NCBI RefSeq assembly: GCF_006345805.1
Contig: NC_042997.1
Coordinates: 163,866,001-163,930,000 of the forward strand
From: Octopus sinensis
Taxonomy: Eukaryota
Length of the DNA stretch: 64,000 bases
Reading direction: 5' to 3'
The position numbers and the translations under genes are program-made. A model generated the notes under the pieces. The model saw only the letters and a program-made list of their open reading frames with translations, did no database searches and had not been told where the DNA came from. Below, piece by piece: positions 11,038-24,894 of this stretch; positions within the stretch are counted from its first letter, which is position 1; every line of letters starts with the position of its first letter.

Positions 11038-14000
11038 ACCTAAGGTTAGAGGTAGTAACCTGCTATCCACATAATTCCTACCAGTAATAAGACCGAACCT
11101 GAGCCAAACCAAAATAATAAGAGACTAGACATGATTATAGGGGACAAAATAAACAAACAGTGCAAGATCATAGATTTTGCAATTCCCTAATAGTAATGTC
11201 AATACAAAAAAAAAAAATGTGCTGTTAATCTTGATATGAGATCACCATGTCGCGCATATATTGTCATGATGCATGTGCCTGGGGTACCCTTATCAGACGG
11301 GTAGTCATGAGAGGTATACTGGGCTTCGTATAGTTTACCCCAGTGTCACTTTCATGGCATGGACTGCTCTCTCACTCAATAATGATAATAATAATAGTCA
11401 TTTCAGTAGTTGTAGGGGCACTCAGAGCACTAACAACCAAGTTCGAGAAACATGTCAGAGAAACTGGAATTGAAATGAAGGTAGAGAATGCTAAAGAAAA
11501 AAACCTGCTCTATTGAGATTTTGAGATTAGTACTTGGGTGTTGAGAATCTTCCATGATACTTAACACCTAAATACCAAGTCTTATAATTTGTGGAAAGAT
11601 ACCCTGTCAGACCTTTGACAACAGAATGTTGTCCACTTTCACAGAATTAGCCGGAACAAAGTAAGATTAAGAGCTCTGAGAAGTAAAATATAATAATGAT
11701 AATAATAAAATGAAAGCTGATTAATATAGAGGTGTTATTCACCAGATCCAGAAAATATAAATCAGCATGAGAAGATATTAAACCAGCAACAATAATATTG
11801 TTGGTTCATAGGAAAAGATCAATCTTATATAAGTTGACACAAATATGTGACTGAGTCATTAATTCAATGAGAAATATCTCAACAATAGCTGTTTATTGCT
11901 ACCTTGGAATGGTACTGAAATAAAAACTAAATCAATGATATACCATTTTTTATATTTCTTTACAAACAGTAATTTGTTTTTTAATAACAAACCAACAATA
12001 GAACACATTAGCAAGATTCAATTTTTTATGTACAATGATAAAATTCATGATAAATGTGTCGATACTAATATGTGAACTGAGAGTTTTATTAACAAAAAGG
12101 AAGAAAAAAGCAACATGAATATTTAAAAGATAAATAGAAATTTAATTTTATGTAGACGGTTCTACCATTGAGTAGACAAATGATGCAACTGTATTGTTGA
12201 AATAAAAAAAATGTCAGTAACAAAACTAGAGATATGAAGAAGCAGTTAAACAAATCTAACTAGCTGTGCCAATAAAGACGATGGTTTAAGGATATTGAAT
12301 AAATAAACAATGTCCTCCATTGAACTTGCTTGTGTATGTGGACACAAATATGTCTTTCTATCTGTCTCTTTATAAACAGATTACACACACACACATTTAC
12401 ATATATATGTACACATGCATACAGATATAGAAATGGGGGTGATAAATATGTGGACATTAGTGGTATTAGTTTTAAACATTACCCTCCAGACAAGAAATGC
12501 TATTTAAGAAGTTCTTGTAGTTTAGAAGAAAATCCACCTGAATGATTTTATTCTGTATTTTTTGAGATTGAGTTCAAGTCACCCAGCTTAACATCACCAG
12601 CTGGTCCTTTAGGACTTTAGGACTTTTAATGCATTTCATTTGTTGCAAGTTTTCATGTCAAGTCTTCAGTCTGAAGATAACACATATTTTTCTCTATTGG
12701 TTTGTTCTGGAGAAAGAGTTTGTACTTGTTGCCTTTGCAAGTCTCCAAGACCATCAAGATTGATGCAGCTACTGGGAAAACCTGGACAGGAAAATAATTC
12801 CAGTGCTGAAGTTTTGGAGATGGAGGACTAAACATATTGGTTCAAGGGGAGCCTGGACGAGTAGACATGATATAAGTGATAAGAAGAGGAGAGCAATCAG
12901 GAGTACCCAAATGTAGGAGTCACAAGATCAGCCAGCCATGAGAAGTAAAGATCATTGCAGTCATTGTAAATAAAAGCAGAAAGAGGTGACAGAACAATGG
13001 ATCATTAAGCCAATGAAAGAGTCTATAAGTGATAACTCAACCTGCTAGTATTAGCAACCAAACCTCCTTAAATGCTTACCAAATCATCATGAAGATGCAG
13101 GAAAGTACTGAATAAAGTATTTCTAAATATAATAGGTCAGAAAAGAAGTGGTAATGGTCTTTGGCTTGAATGCCAATGAAATGATGTCAGCTCAGCACAT
13201 TGAAAGACATGTTCTGTATCTGGACAAAATCCAAAAGAATAGTGTAACCTCTGGAGATGTGTTTTCCAAAAAATTACTCATAAATCTAATGCAACAATAC
13301 TATCAAAAGAGAAGAATGGCCTCTTGAACCAATCCCAGTTGATGCATAGTACATATTTAATAAAACCTACAGGAAGTCAAAACCAACAAACCCAGTTCAA
13401 TTCTCAATCAGATTTGAACGCAGAACATAAAAGGATGAAGCTAAATATTTAAATGCATATTTTATACAAAGAAGTATATGATATTTTTTAATTCAGGCAC
13501 AAGGCCAGCAATTTTGAGGGGAGGGGCTTAGTTGATCAGTTTGATCCAGTACTTGACTGGTATTATATTTTATCAACCTTGGCAACATGAAAGGCCAAAC
13601 TGGCAGGATAGGAACACAGGACATAAAGAGCTTGAACAAATACTACAAGGCATTTTTCTTGAAGCTTTAACGATTTTGCAGGTCTACATCCTTTAAGAAT
13701 TATATAATATTGTACAATATATAATAACATGCCAGATGTCAGAATTTCTGAAGATTTTTCAGTTCTAATATAAGCTGTCAATTGATATTTGATATGGGGC
13801 AATTACTAGATGACTTTAGATAATACATTTTCAAACATAACTCAATTTATTCCTGAAATTCTTTTGGTGTTCTCCACATTTAACTGACTACATTTGTTGA
13901 TACTAAGAGGAAAGACCACTTTTATCATCAAAAGTAGATTGCAGTAGCATATTTTATTCACACTCTTTTCTTTAAATATTGATATAAAATAATAGAAATG

Positions 14001-14708
14001 AGTATTTGATATGCCACTATTGATACAAACATATGCCTAATGTGGTGGTATTAAAGCAAGTGTCTCATGTGACAAGATACAAATGCTTGACTGAACGACA
14101 TGTTCAATGAAATAAGGCAAGTCTTCAATCAACTATTTACAATCAGTGGTCAGGCCATTCAGCTCCATTCTCTCTCTCTAACTCTGCTGCGGTTACTATA
14201 ATGGTGATTATTCTTCCTTCTGATGATACACTGCTTCTACTTGAAACAATTCAATGTCACTTGTCTTACTCACTTTCTCCTGTCTTGTTCACTGTGTTTT
14301 ACCTTTAAATCCTTATACTAAACAATTCACACAGCCTCACTTGATCTTACATACGAGTTGTTGCTCTGACTTAGGCTCAATGAAAAAACTATGGTCAAAG
14401 GTATTCAAGCCATGATCACTTAATCTTTTGTATATCTAGGGACTACATTGTTCACTGTATCCTTCTACTTTTAAGACAGTAGAATGTTATTTGAAGGAAA
14501 TTTAGTCGTTATTTCTAGCAGGTTGGGCAACTGCTGCCTTGTTGACACTAAAGAAGAATATATTGATGTAATTGTGAGAAGCAACCAAAACATACCCCCT
14601 TTTATTCATACCAACACAGACTAACAGTGGCCTATCTAGTCAAGTTACTAACCCATCCTCAGAACTTCCACTTTATCTTTCATCCAAACTAACTTCACAC
14701 AGTTATCT

Positions 14709-15036
14709 ATGGCTCAGTGGTTAGAGTGTCGGGCTCACAAACATGAGGTAGTGAGTTTGATTCCTGGACCAGGCTGTGTGTTGCATTCTTGAGCAAGACA
14801 CTTTATTTCACATTGCTCCAGTTCACTCAGCTGTAGAAATGAGTTGTGACATCACTGGTGCTATGACATATTGGCCTTTGCCTTTCCCTTAGATAACATT
14901 TGGTGTGTGGAGAGGGGAAGCTGGTATGCATGGGCAATTGCTGGTCTTTCACAAACAACCTTCCCTGGACTTGTGCCTAGGAGGGTAACTTTCTAGGTGC
15001 AATCCCATGGTCATTCATGACTGAAGGGGGTCCTTT
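14709..15036 (+). mobile_element. tRNA-derived SINE, family 3
   Basis: Head ggctcagtggttagagtgtcgggctc...gagtttgattcctgg, then ttgagcaagacactttatttcac, a core shared with family 4. Confidence 0.8.
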
Positions 15037-15171
15037 ATGCCCCAGATGAGGAGAGCATTAAGGCAAATTAACTTTGAGCTTCTACCTCTCCTCTTTAGGC
15101 TAACTAATTAAAGAAATTTGATGAAAATTAATTCTGATCATACTAGGAATGTTGAGAAAAATTAGACCTAC

Positions 15172-15337
15172 CTGTTTCGTTATTCTTATCAACTTGCTGG
15201 ATATCTACATTATACTTAATAAAGGTTTTTATTACTTCATCAGCTCCTTTTCCAGCAGCCCACATGAATGCTGTGTGACCTTCAACATCTGGTTCATCAG
15301 TGACATTCTTCCGAGAAAGGAAAACCTCAACTGTTTG
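15172..15337 (-). CDS. INVS: Inversin exon (166 nt, phase 0-1): QTVEVFLSRKNVTDEPDVEGHTAFMWAAGKGADEVIKTFIKYNVDIQQVDKNNET-A
   Basis: Acceptor ttaaaccag|CAA and donor ACAG|gtaggt. Lies inside ORF 15143..15367. Matches inversin ETVKVFL...DLEGRTSFMWAAGKGSDDVL. Confidence 0.95.
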
Positions 15338-15761
15338 CTGGTTTAAGATAAATGAAGAGAAAGCCAAGTAGCTTATGGGGAAAACGATATAATTTTACAA
15401 AATTATGTTAACAGTAACAGGAAGAATAAAGTGTGAGAAATGCTGCAGATCAGTGGTAGGTGTTAGTCATGGAATAGTTTTGTTTCAATTGAATTTTTAA
15501 AAAAAGGGTGGGGGAAGAAAGGATGCGAACCAACAACAGTGATTTGAACATCCATTGAACTTTTAGCAGAGTCAGTTATTATGTTTTACTTAAGAAGCTT
15601 GCTCACTTTGCAACCATGTAGTTTTGGGTTCAGTTCCACTGTGTGGTACCTTGGGCAACAGCCTTCTACTATAGCTCTGGGCTGACCAACGCATTGTGAG
15701 TGAATTTTGTAAACAGAAACTGTGTGGAGACCTTGTTATCATATGCATATACATACATACA

Positions 15762-15833
<72 letters not shown>

Positions 15834-16639
15834 GAAGATGAAGAAAGGGTAGTGGGCATATGTGTCATATTTCGGGAGTATTATTAGAAATGAATATATG
15901 TCAGGTCACTCTCAAACAACTGGTAACATGTGACACAGTACAACTTGTTGCATGGTCGGGTTGTTGGCGACTAAATTGGCAACCCTACCAAGCTTGCTTG
16001 GTGAGGTGGGTGATTGCATGTATGTATGTGTGTATGTATGTATGTGTGTGTATGTCTGTATGAATGTGAGTGTGTCTTTGTGTGTGTGCTTGTCCTCTAA
16101 CACAGGCCAACAACCAGTGTTGATTTGTTTGAGTCCCTGTAACTTACCAGTTCAACAAGGGACTGGCAGAATAAGGGCCAGACTTAAAAATATAAGTACC
16201 TGTGTTGATTTGTGTGACTAAACATTTCAAGGTGGTGCCCCAGCGTGGCTGTACTCCAGTGACTGAGTCAAGTAAAATATAAAACATGACCACCATCAAC
16301 ACAATTTCCACTGCTACCACCACATTGATAATAATGATGATGGTTATGATGATGATGCTGTGACTGTGATCACAGAACAGAGAAGAAGAAAAATTGCTCA
16401 TGGAAAGGAAAGAAAAAAGAAGGAAAACACAATTACACATATGTGTGTAAAGTATTACAACACTCTCTCTCCTGTTGCATTATTTTAAAACACAACAGCC
16501 TATTCTTATTGGAGAAGCTTTTGTGTTCTAAAACACTGCAATAAAGTATCTACAGATTTATAGCTACTGCAGTTTTGTGTTTGGCAAATTTACAGAAATT
16601 ATATATTAGCAAAGTTTGAAACAAATATACATATATAAA

Positions 16640-17365
16640 CACTCACTCACACACACATGTATACACATATCTATACACACACATATATACATATACACAA
16701 ACACATGCACACATATATATATGCATACATATTCAAACATAAAACATGTGTGTGCGCACGTGCACACACACACACACACACACATGTATACACATATCTA
16801 TACACACATACATATATACATATACACAAACACATGCATATATGCATACATATTCAAACATAAAACATGTGTGTGCGCACGTGCACACACACACACACAC
16901 ACACACATGTATACACATATCTATACACACATACATATATACATATACACAAACACATACATATATGCATACATATTCAAACACAAACATGTGTGAGCGC
17001 GCATGCACACACACACACACATGTATACACATATCTATACACACACACACATATACATATACACAAACACATACATACACATATATGCATATATATTCAA
17101 ACACAAACATGTGTGTGTGCATGTGTGCACACACACACACACACACATGTATACACATATCTATACACACACACACACACATATACATATACACAAACAC
17201 ATACACACACATATATGCATATATATTCAAACACAAACATGTGTGTGTGCACGTGCACACACACACATGTATACACATATCTATACACACACACATATAT
17301 ACATATACACAAACACATACACACACATATATATGCATATATATTCAAACACACACACACATATG
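16640..17365. repeat. Higher-order minisatellite, ~120-bp unit x ~6, built from CA/TA/TG dinucleotides
   Basis: The marker attcaaaca(t/c)aaacatgtgtg recurs near 16731, 16851, 16975, 17095 and 17225, with a truncated copy near 17343. Confidence 0.9.
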
Positions 17366-18673
17366 TAAATTATTGGCTGACTTGAACCTCAATTCAATTC
17401 ATATCATTTATTATTCCATAAATCTAAAACAGGCACCTTATAATAAGTTTAACATCAGCTGAGTAGTTACATGTTTAATATTAATCTAACGTCAACTGTC
17501 TAAGTATACTGTCAGGTAACTTAATTGGTTTTACTTTTAATAAATTCTATTTCTATGAGACAGAAATAACCCAGACCTGTTTTTCCAAATATTTTTTCGT
17601 TTTTCTTGTCAATTTGACAACAGAATTGAAGTTATGTATATTGATACACAATATTTTCCCTACTCCTTTTTTTATCATTTATTTCTTTATTTTCCTGAAC
17701 TCTAAACATATCACAGATAGTGAGATAATGTTCAATCTATAAGCAAATGGACAGAAATAATTAGACTTTTGAAAATAAAAATATGTATCAAGTAAATATA
17801 GAATTTTTAGAGAAATATAAAACATTTGATAGAATGCTGAGCTTCAAACTAGTGGTTACTGAGATCAAATCCCAGTCCTTTGATATATGCTGTTAGTAAA
17901 ACAACATGAAATTTACAGTAACAGGCTGAACAGTGAAAAGGGTGCAGTATACTTAGACTGACACACTGTGTCCCAAATGATAAACCACTGAGGGTCAGCT
18001 TGGTACAGAATAGTCCTCAGGTGAAGGTACAGCACATATCTGGATCATTGTATTGCACCAAGTCATTTGACCAACATACATGACACAGGTCAGGAAAATA
18101 AAGGAAGCTTTTATGCTGGAGATATTTCTTTCAATGAATAGCAAAAAAAGAATTTAAGAAACTGAACCTTCTTAAAGAGGCAGCTTATTGCTACTTTATG
18201 AACAAATATATTGCCTCAGTAGAAAGCCATTTTTGTTTGTTTGTGTGTATGTGTGCGTGTATGTACATACACACATAAATTTACACATATAAATATACAT
18301 ATTACACACACAAATGCACACGTGCATATGTGAGTGTGTAGGCCTGTATGTATAACTTTTCTTTAATCTAAAAGGTGATTAAAAAAAAATAATAGCCAAC
18401 AACATTTATTGAAACTGTTTCCTCTGATTTCCAGGTATAACACTTATTCACATTAATTATACTGTTGCCTCTGTAAATGGTGAGAAGACACATCATGAAA
18501 GATCTCAGAATGAGAGGGTTGTATATATGACCCTAACAGCTGATGGAATCAATAATTGGCAACAGTTAAAAACAGCAAAAACAACAACAGCAAAAACAAC
18601 AACAACAACAACAACTCCTAGAATTGAGAAAGAATGAACTAATAATCATATGGCTTGTGAGTTATTTACTTAC

Positions 18674-18780
18674 AGCACAATTGTTTTTGGCAGCATAGTG
18701 AAGTGGAGTAGCACTGTTGGAGTCTGAACAAGCATAATCAGCACCATTGTCCAGTAAAATACTGATGATTTGTGAGTGAC
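18674..18780 (-). CDS. INVS: Inversin exon (107 nt, phase 1-0): GHSQIISILLDNGADYACSDSNSATPLHYAAKNNCA
   Basis: Acceptor ttcttaccag|GT and donor GCT|gtaagt. Matches inversin GHAQIVHLLLE...SDSQGATPLHYAAQSNFA. Confidence 0.93.
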
Positions 18781-20946
18781 CTGGTAAGAAATAAATTCTC
18801 AACATTACACTTTATTGATTTCTGAACTTTCTGATTCACATGTGCACAATAAAGAACAGGTATTTTCAATGTTTATAAAAACATTTCCTTATACCAATAG
18901 CATTTTATTATATATATATATCATCTAGTTGTTAATTTCAGCAATCATACACATCCACATACCTAATAATATACTCTCACTTGATTACTGTTTTATTTTT
19001 AAATACACAAATACACACATTAGTTAGTGATCGATAATTGTTCACACTCAGTGCAGTGTTTTCAGTAACTATATACACACTACTGACAATAGGTTATTTT
19101 CACTAACCATACATACACTGTACTGAAAAGAGTTGCTTTCACTAGCCATACCCAGTCATCTAACTACTGTTATTGGTCTCCACATAAACTCAGCTCATTT
19201 CATGATCGTTTCCAATAATTATACATACACTTGTCAGAGACAAATAGACTTCATGAAAAAGCTTACCTGCTTAATAAAGCAAAGACTTACAGGTCAACAA
19301 TTTTTAGCTTTTGACCTGTTATCTTTTCTATCTGCTTATTTTTCTAAAATGGCCTTTGTTCTTCTGAATATATAAATACCAATACACCAACACCATCTCC
19401 TCAACTCCCCATTTATTTATTTATTTTTTTAGCAAGAACTATTCAATCAACATGTTTTTTTTTCTACTTTTGTTATATCTGTCTCTTTCAATTTCACTCT
19501 AGGAATTATCTACATTTACCAACTACTGACTAGTTGTCCTTTACCTTTTTTAAGCAAAGAACTACACCAACCTCTTTTATTCATCTTGTATTTGCTAAAT
19601 AGGTTTTAAGTTTTGGGCTTTCTTTTCACAACATAAAAATAGTGGTTCTCAATGACAGTCCATATAATGGGGGTCCATGCAACAAAATAGTAAACTGGGG
19701 ATCCACAATAGTATTTTAAGGGCCCTGAAAATATTTTGTGACTGTAAATTGCACATTGGAGGCTGTTTCCATAGTAACGAGTAGTGTGCTGTGTTTCCAT
19801 TGTAACAACAATGCTGTTTCTGTCCCACAGTGATACTTTCACCATTGCAACCACCACCTCAAGTTTTGATGAGAACCTTTTTGTGACAGACAGCTATCAC
19901 ACAGAAAATATCAGCTTCTAATTCCTGTTTTCAAGTTAGCCAAAAATGAACTTTAAACCCCTGTAAAATTTTCCTAAATTTTATCTGGAATAAATGAATC
20001 CCAAATTCAGATCCAGTGTGAAAAATTACATCAAAATTTTCATTTAATTTTAAAATTTCCAAATCTGTGTCAGTAACCAAAAAGATCCACATATGTCATT
20101 GAATGGATCTCCCCATAATGTAATTCTCTGACAAAATCAAAGTTACACAGTATGCAACAAGGTTGGATTTTCAAGTTACAGGTACAATCAATCTAACAGA
20201 CTTCTACATAGTTTCTGTCTACTTAGTTTCCTTGACAAGGCTTGGAATCAGTGGAGGGGTGACTGACACTCAGCAAAGATGTCATGTAGTGAGATCAAAC
20301 CTGAGAAATGGGATTGCAAAGCAACCTTCTTAATCATTCAGCCATAAACACACCAACCATAATTTCATCTTTTAGGAACAATAACACCTAAATTCCAAAG
20401 AACATTAAAACACGTAGTCCCATAAATGCAAAAAGATGAGATGATCTGCTCTGGAATATTTTTGAATTAGAGATATACTCAAACAAGGATGGCCTAGGGT
20501 TACACAACATCTATGGTGTCTAACTTTGAGATGTTTGCAGCAGATTTTCCTACAACTAGTTCTTCTGCTTATTTGTTAATGCTGTTCATAGAATACAAAG
20601 ATAATCACAACTTGCACGTTGTTAATTAGTAACTAAGTCAGTGTAACTGTATCATTTATCCTAACTAAATCAACCAATTATGCTGCAGGGTTTGGAAGTG
20701 GGAATCTTGTATAGTATGCAGTTATATGTTGAGCAGATATGGCAAGGAATTGAGGGGTATGATGACCCAGGTGCAGAGATGGTAATGGTTTGGTAGAGGT
20801 TAGGTTTTGAGGTGAGAAAGAGATCAAGAGTGTTTGGGTGGGGGGGAAGGGTGTCTACACTAACTTATTTTTATCTTCTATTCATAAACACACCAACCAT
20901 AATTTGGGTAGAAGTTAAAAATAAGTTAGTCTAAAGAGTTGAGAGT

Positions 20947-21195
20947 GGAGGTGCATGGCTTAGTGGTTAGGGTATCAGCAACATGATTGTAAGATTGTGG
21001 TTTTGATTCCTGGACCGAGTGACGTGTTGTGTTCTTGAGTAAAACACTTCATTTCACGTTGCTCCAGTCCACTCAGCTGGCAAAAATGAGTAAAGCTGTG
21101 ATGGACTGGCATCCTGTCCAGCTGGGGAACACATATGCCATTGAAACTGGGAAACTGGGCCATGAGCCTGCCTAGGCTTTAAACAGGGTGCATTT
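20947..21195 (+). mobile_element. tRNA-derived SINE, family 4
   Basis: Head ggaggtgcatggcttagtggttagg, core ttgagtaaaacacttcatttcacgttgctccagtccactcagctg. A related 3' half lies at ~42700-42860. Confidence 0.8.
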
Positions 21196-24100
21196 ATTTT
21201 ATTTTTAAAGAGTTGAGAACAGCAAAGGATTTAGCTTCTGCTCCAGTAGCATTGGTGTGGGAAAAGTGAGAAAATCTTGAGGGGTTGTGAACGTTGAAAT
21301 CACTAACAACAATGACTTTGAAGAGTGGAGAGATGAGAAAGATATTTGTAATGCAGGAGGGGATATGGTTGAAGAATTGCTGGTGGTTTGAGCAATTCAG
21401 AGAGTAATAGAGGATTCAGATGTAGTGTAGGGAGTGAGGGAGGGAAACTTTGAGCCAGAGTAACTGGAAATTATTGTTGAGAGAGATGAGGGTGGGATCT
21501 GTGTATGTGTAGAGAAATTTGAGTAGAGAGTGTATTTAGGATAATGGAAATGATTTGTTGATAGGGGTTGAGAAATTTCTATCTCAAAGTGAACCAGGAT
21601 ATGGGGTTTGCATGTGAGTAAGAGATAATATGTGAGATCTAGGTTGGAGAGAAAGCTTCAGATGTTTAAGATAAAGAGGAGAATGGATATGCTTTAAAAG
21701 AAAGGGAATCAACTAAATTCCAAGACTGAAAATAAACTTAACTCAATTTTTCAAAAGACATTTTAATTTCCTGCCTGCAAATGAAGAGTAACCAAAGTGC
21801 TATAAACCATCCTACTTTATCTTAATCTAGTTTTACATTAGTTCCAAATTTCTAAAGCAGCCTCAGTTCTTTAAATGGAAACTAAAATGTAAAATGTGTG
21901 TAAATAAATTTTTTAAATATAGCTTCTCTCACCGATATTTCTATGTAAGTCAGTTTTATATATAGAGAAGTTTTAATATTAAATATATAGAATGACATTT
22001 CATTTTAGCTTCTTAGGTGAAACTTCTAGTATATATCTTTTGTAATCTACAATTGCACCTGGAGATGTGCTATAGTACAAAGAAATTGAATGGTATAAGT
22101 CTACATATGGTTTTTCTTAGAATAAAGCAATAACTTGTCTGCTAAATACATTGAAACTAAAGAATATTCTCTTGAAAAAACTGCTACCGTGATTGAATAG
22201 ATAACTACGGAACCAACAGACAGCCAAATTGCCTCAGATTTAGCAAAATGGCAAAGCTTCTGACAATGTTCATTATTGTTTTATCTTCAGGCAACGTCAG
22301 TTCTTTTTTTTACTTAATTTCTTGCAGCTATCACAGAAAAACTTCCAAGCATTGTTTCACCAGCCAAACAAAATTGAAAGACATAAAGCAGAAAATAATG
22401 TTCTTTCTTTACTGATTCACTTTACTTCATAAATATATTTGATATTGTTACACTTTAACTTACAATATCATTGCTATGAGATGAGAGAGGCGGGGGGGGG
22501 AGGAGAATTTAGGATGCCAAATATATATTTAGTTTGGTGGAATATAGTAAACAGAAAATTGAAAGAAGCAAGAAAAAAATTAAACATCAACAATAAATGA
22601 CACTACTGAGAAAATAACTAAGAACACTTCCAATTTCTCAGCTTTTGCACAGATCTTCAGAGGTTTCCGTTTTTATATAGTGAATGATAGACTGTAAAGG
22701 AAAGTGTGAACCCATAAAAGTATGTCTTAGGTAATGCGTATGTACCATAGTTAGAGGCATGTGATTTTAGGTGGCTTACATAATTTTGTGAGAAGCTTTT
22801 CTTGATATGGATTCCAAATTTCAAAGACATATTCAGCTTGTAATTTCTTTTAGTTTATATATATTTTATATCTTTATTAGTTGTTTTCTATTTGGAAGGA
22901 TAAATATTTTTGTATTTTTGTCTTTAGTCTAAACCAGGCGGAAAAACCCATCAACAAGGTGACTGAAAGAGGTTAGTACTATATTACATAGCTAAAGGTT
23001 AATTATTGGTTGGAAGTTGCGAGCAGAGATGAAGTTCAAACAGAATACAGTTCTAGATTGAAAGAATTGAGCATAGTATTTATGTATGAGTGGAGGAGAA
23101 AGGAAAAAAATAGCATTGTGATATAGAACAATAATAAATTATAACTATGGAAAGAGATAGTAGAAACAGAGCTAGGATGACCAGAGATTGAAAGTATTGT
23201 TTGATACATAAATAATGAAAATAATATACTGGATCTCTCTCTCTCTCCTCTATTGTAACATTTGTCTCCATCTTTACTATAGCTTATTAATCTCTAAGTC
23301 TCATGTCTTGTGACTCCTAAAACTTAAATCCACCATCCTTTATCTTCAGCATCTACCTATTACCCAAAATATAGGGCATATTTCTAAAAGCAGGAATCTG
23401 TATTAATATGAAATTTACTTTCCCAGGTAGTTATTACTCCTATATGGACATGAGCAATAAAAACTTTAGGTTGCTTTGATCCTTTTCAGTTGTTAAACCC
23501 TTCAAAATAAACCAGTCATCAGTTCTTTAGGTTCCACTGTTATAATATTCTGTGACTCTTATGGCTGCAACTCCTTCCATTCTTTGCAAGAATGAACCAG
23601 TCATTTTGATGTACTGGAACGATTATTTCTTTTTATTTCCTTTCTTTTTCCTTTCTGTTTGTTTCAGTCACTGGACTGTGGTCATACTGGAGCACTCCCT
23701 TGAAGGACTTAGTTGAACAAATCAACTCTTGTTTGGTACATACACATAATATATATATTATATATATGAGCGTGTGTGTGTGCGTGTGTTTGTGTGTTGT
23801 GTGGTGTTTGTATGTGTGTGTGTGAGAGAGAGAGAGAGAGGTGTGTAAATTCTGGGTTAGTGTCCTGTTTGCTGGAAGATTGCTGGGTGTGAGGTACCTC
23901 TTAGCTTTTGTTAAAGTATGTCTCTAGGAGAAGGTCACTGATATAAAACCAGATATGCAGGGAATGGTTCTGAACATTTTGGGGATGTTTCTCTTGCACT
24001 TAAGATCATAGTACTCCCATATTCCTGAGCTTGCAACCCATATAGGCACTGAATATCTTGCCTAGCTTGTCTTCAGAGAGGTGGAGAGGGTCTGTGAGGT

Positions 24101-24446
24101 TCTATGCAAGCTTTATTGGACCTAAAATTTGAGGTTGTGCAAGTGCAATCGCTGGCAAGACAACTATCTGACACCCAGTCAAGTAAGGGATCACTGCAGC
24201 GTGTATGGAAGCCATGGATACAAACCTGAGTGGAGACAACTGCTGGTGCAGTAACCTCATGCATGGGCATTGCTAGCATTTTGTATGAGCAATGGGTCAG
24301 GATGGTCTTTTTTGATCACAAGTGGACAGCATAGGCTTGAAATGTTAAAGGCTTTTTCACTTCCCAAGCGTTAAACTAATACATCTGTTTGTTGTCTATA
24401 CCACCTGTCTTCAACATTTGTATTTTTTGGGGGGAATTCTCCCTAT

Positions 24447-24494
<48 letters not shown>

Positions 24495-24503
<9 letters not shown>

Positions 24504-24876
24504 CTGAAGTTGTCTGTGCATGGCAGGTTTGGTAGCCTTCAACTAACACTATCTCCTCCGAGACCCTGCGGTGCAAGTTGACCAAAATTGAAAGTATGAT
24601 AGAAGGTTTGCTCTTCCTTCCATAGAAGAAAAAAATTCAAATCGGACGATGTTAACACCAAAAATTATTTACATCAAAAGGGTGCTTTTTTTTCTATGAA
24701 ATCCCTATTTTTTACGATTTTTTTACTGCTGTGTCGCCATTTTTCAGTGTATTTCAATCAGAAAATTGTTCACTTAAAGAGAATAACAAGCTACATAATG
24801 CAAAATTTTTACTTTTCAAAAATTCCAATTCTAAAGGGTCGAAACAAACCCGAGCAACACCGGGTGAAACTGCTAG
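24495..24876 (+). mobile_element. Non-autonomous Helitron-like element (~380 bp)
   Basis: The 5' end tatataaagctgaagttgt resembles the 7570 element. The 3' end has the hairpin acccgagcaacaccgggt (24848-24865) followed by CTAG|T at 24873-24877. Confidence 0.75.
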
Positions 24877-24894
24877 TATATATATATATATATA

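Noticed and set aside
14220-14250. CUGAUGA...GAAA hammerhead-like spacing
   Set aside because: No stem II pairing (U...U closing), and no stem I or III complementarity.
14709-14790. tRNA-like heads of the SINEs as tRNA genes
   Set aside because: They have A/B-box-like motifs but no complete cloverleaf, and they continue into SINE bodies.
16616-17462. Long overlapping ORFs rich in H/T/Y/I or V/C/Y/M
   Set aside because: They are translations of CA/TA/TG repeats, open in many frames on both strands, and not genes. The same applies to most YI/CV ORFs in the track.
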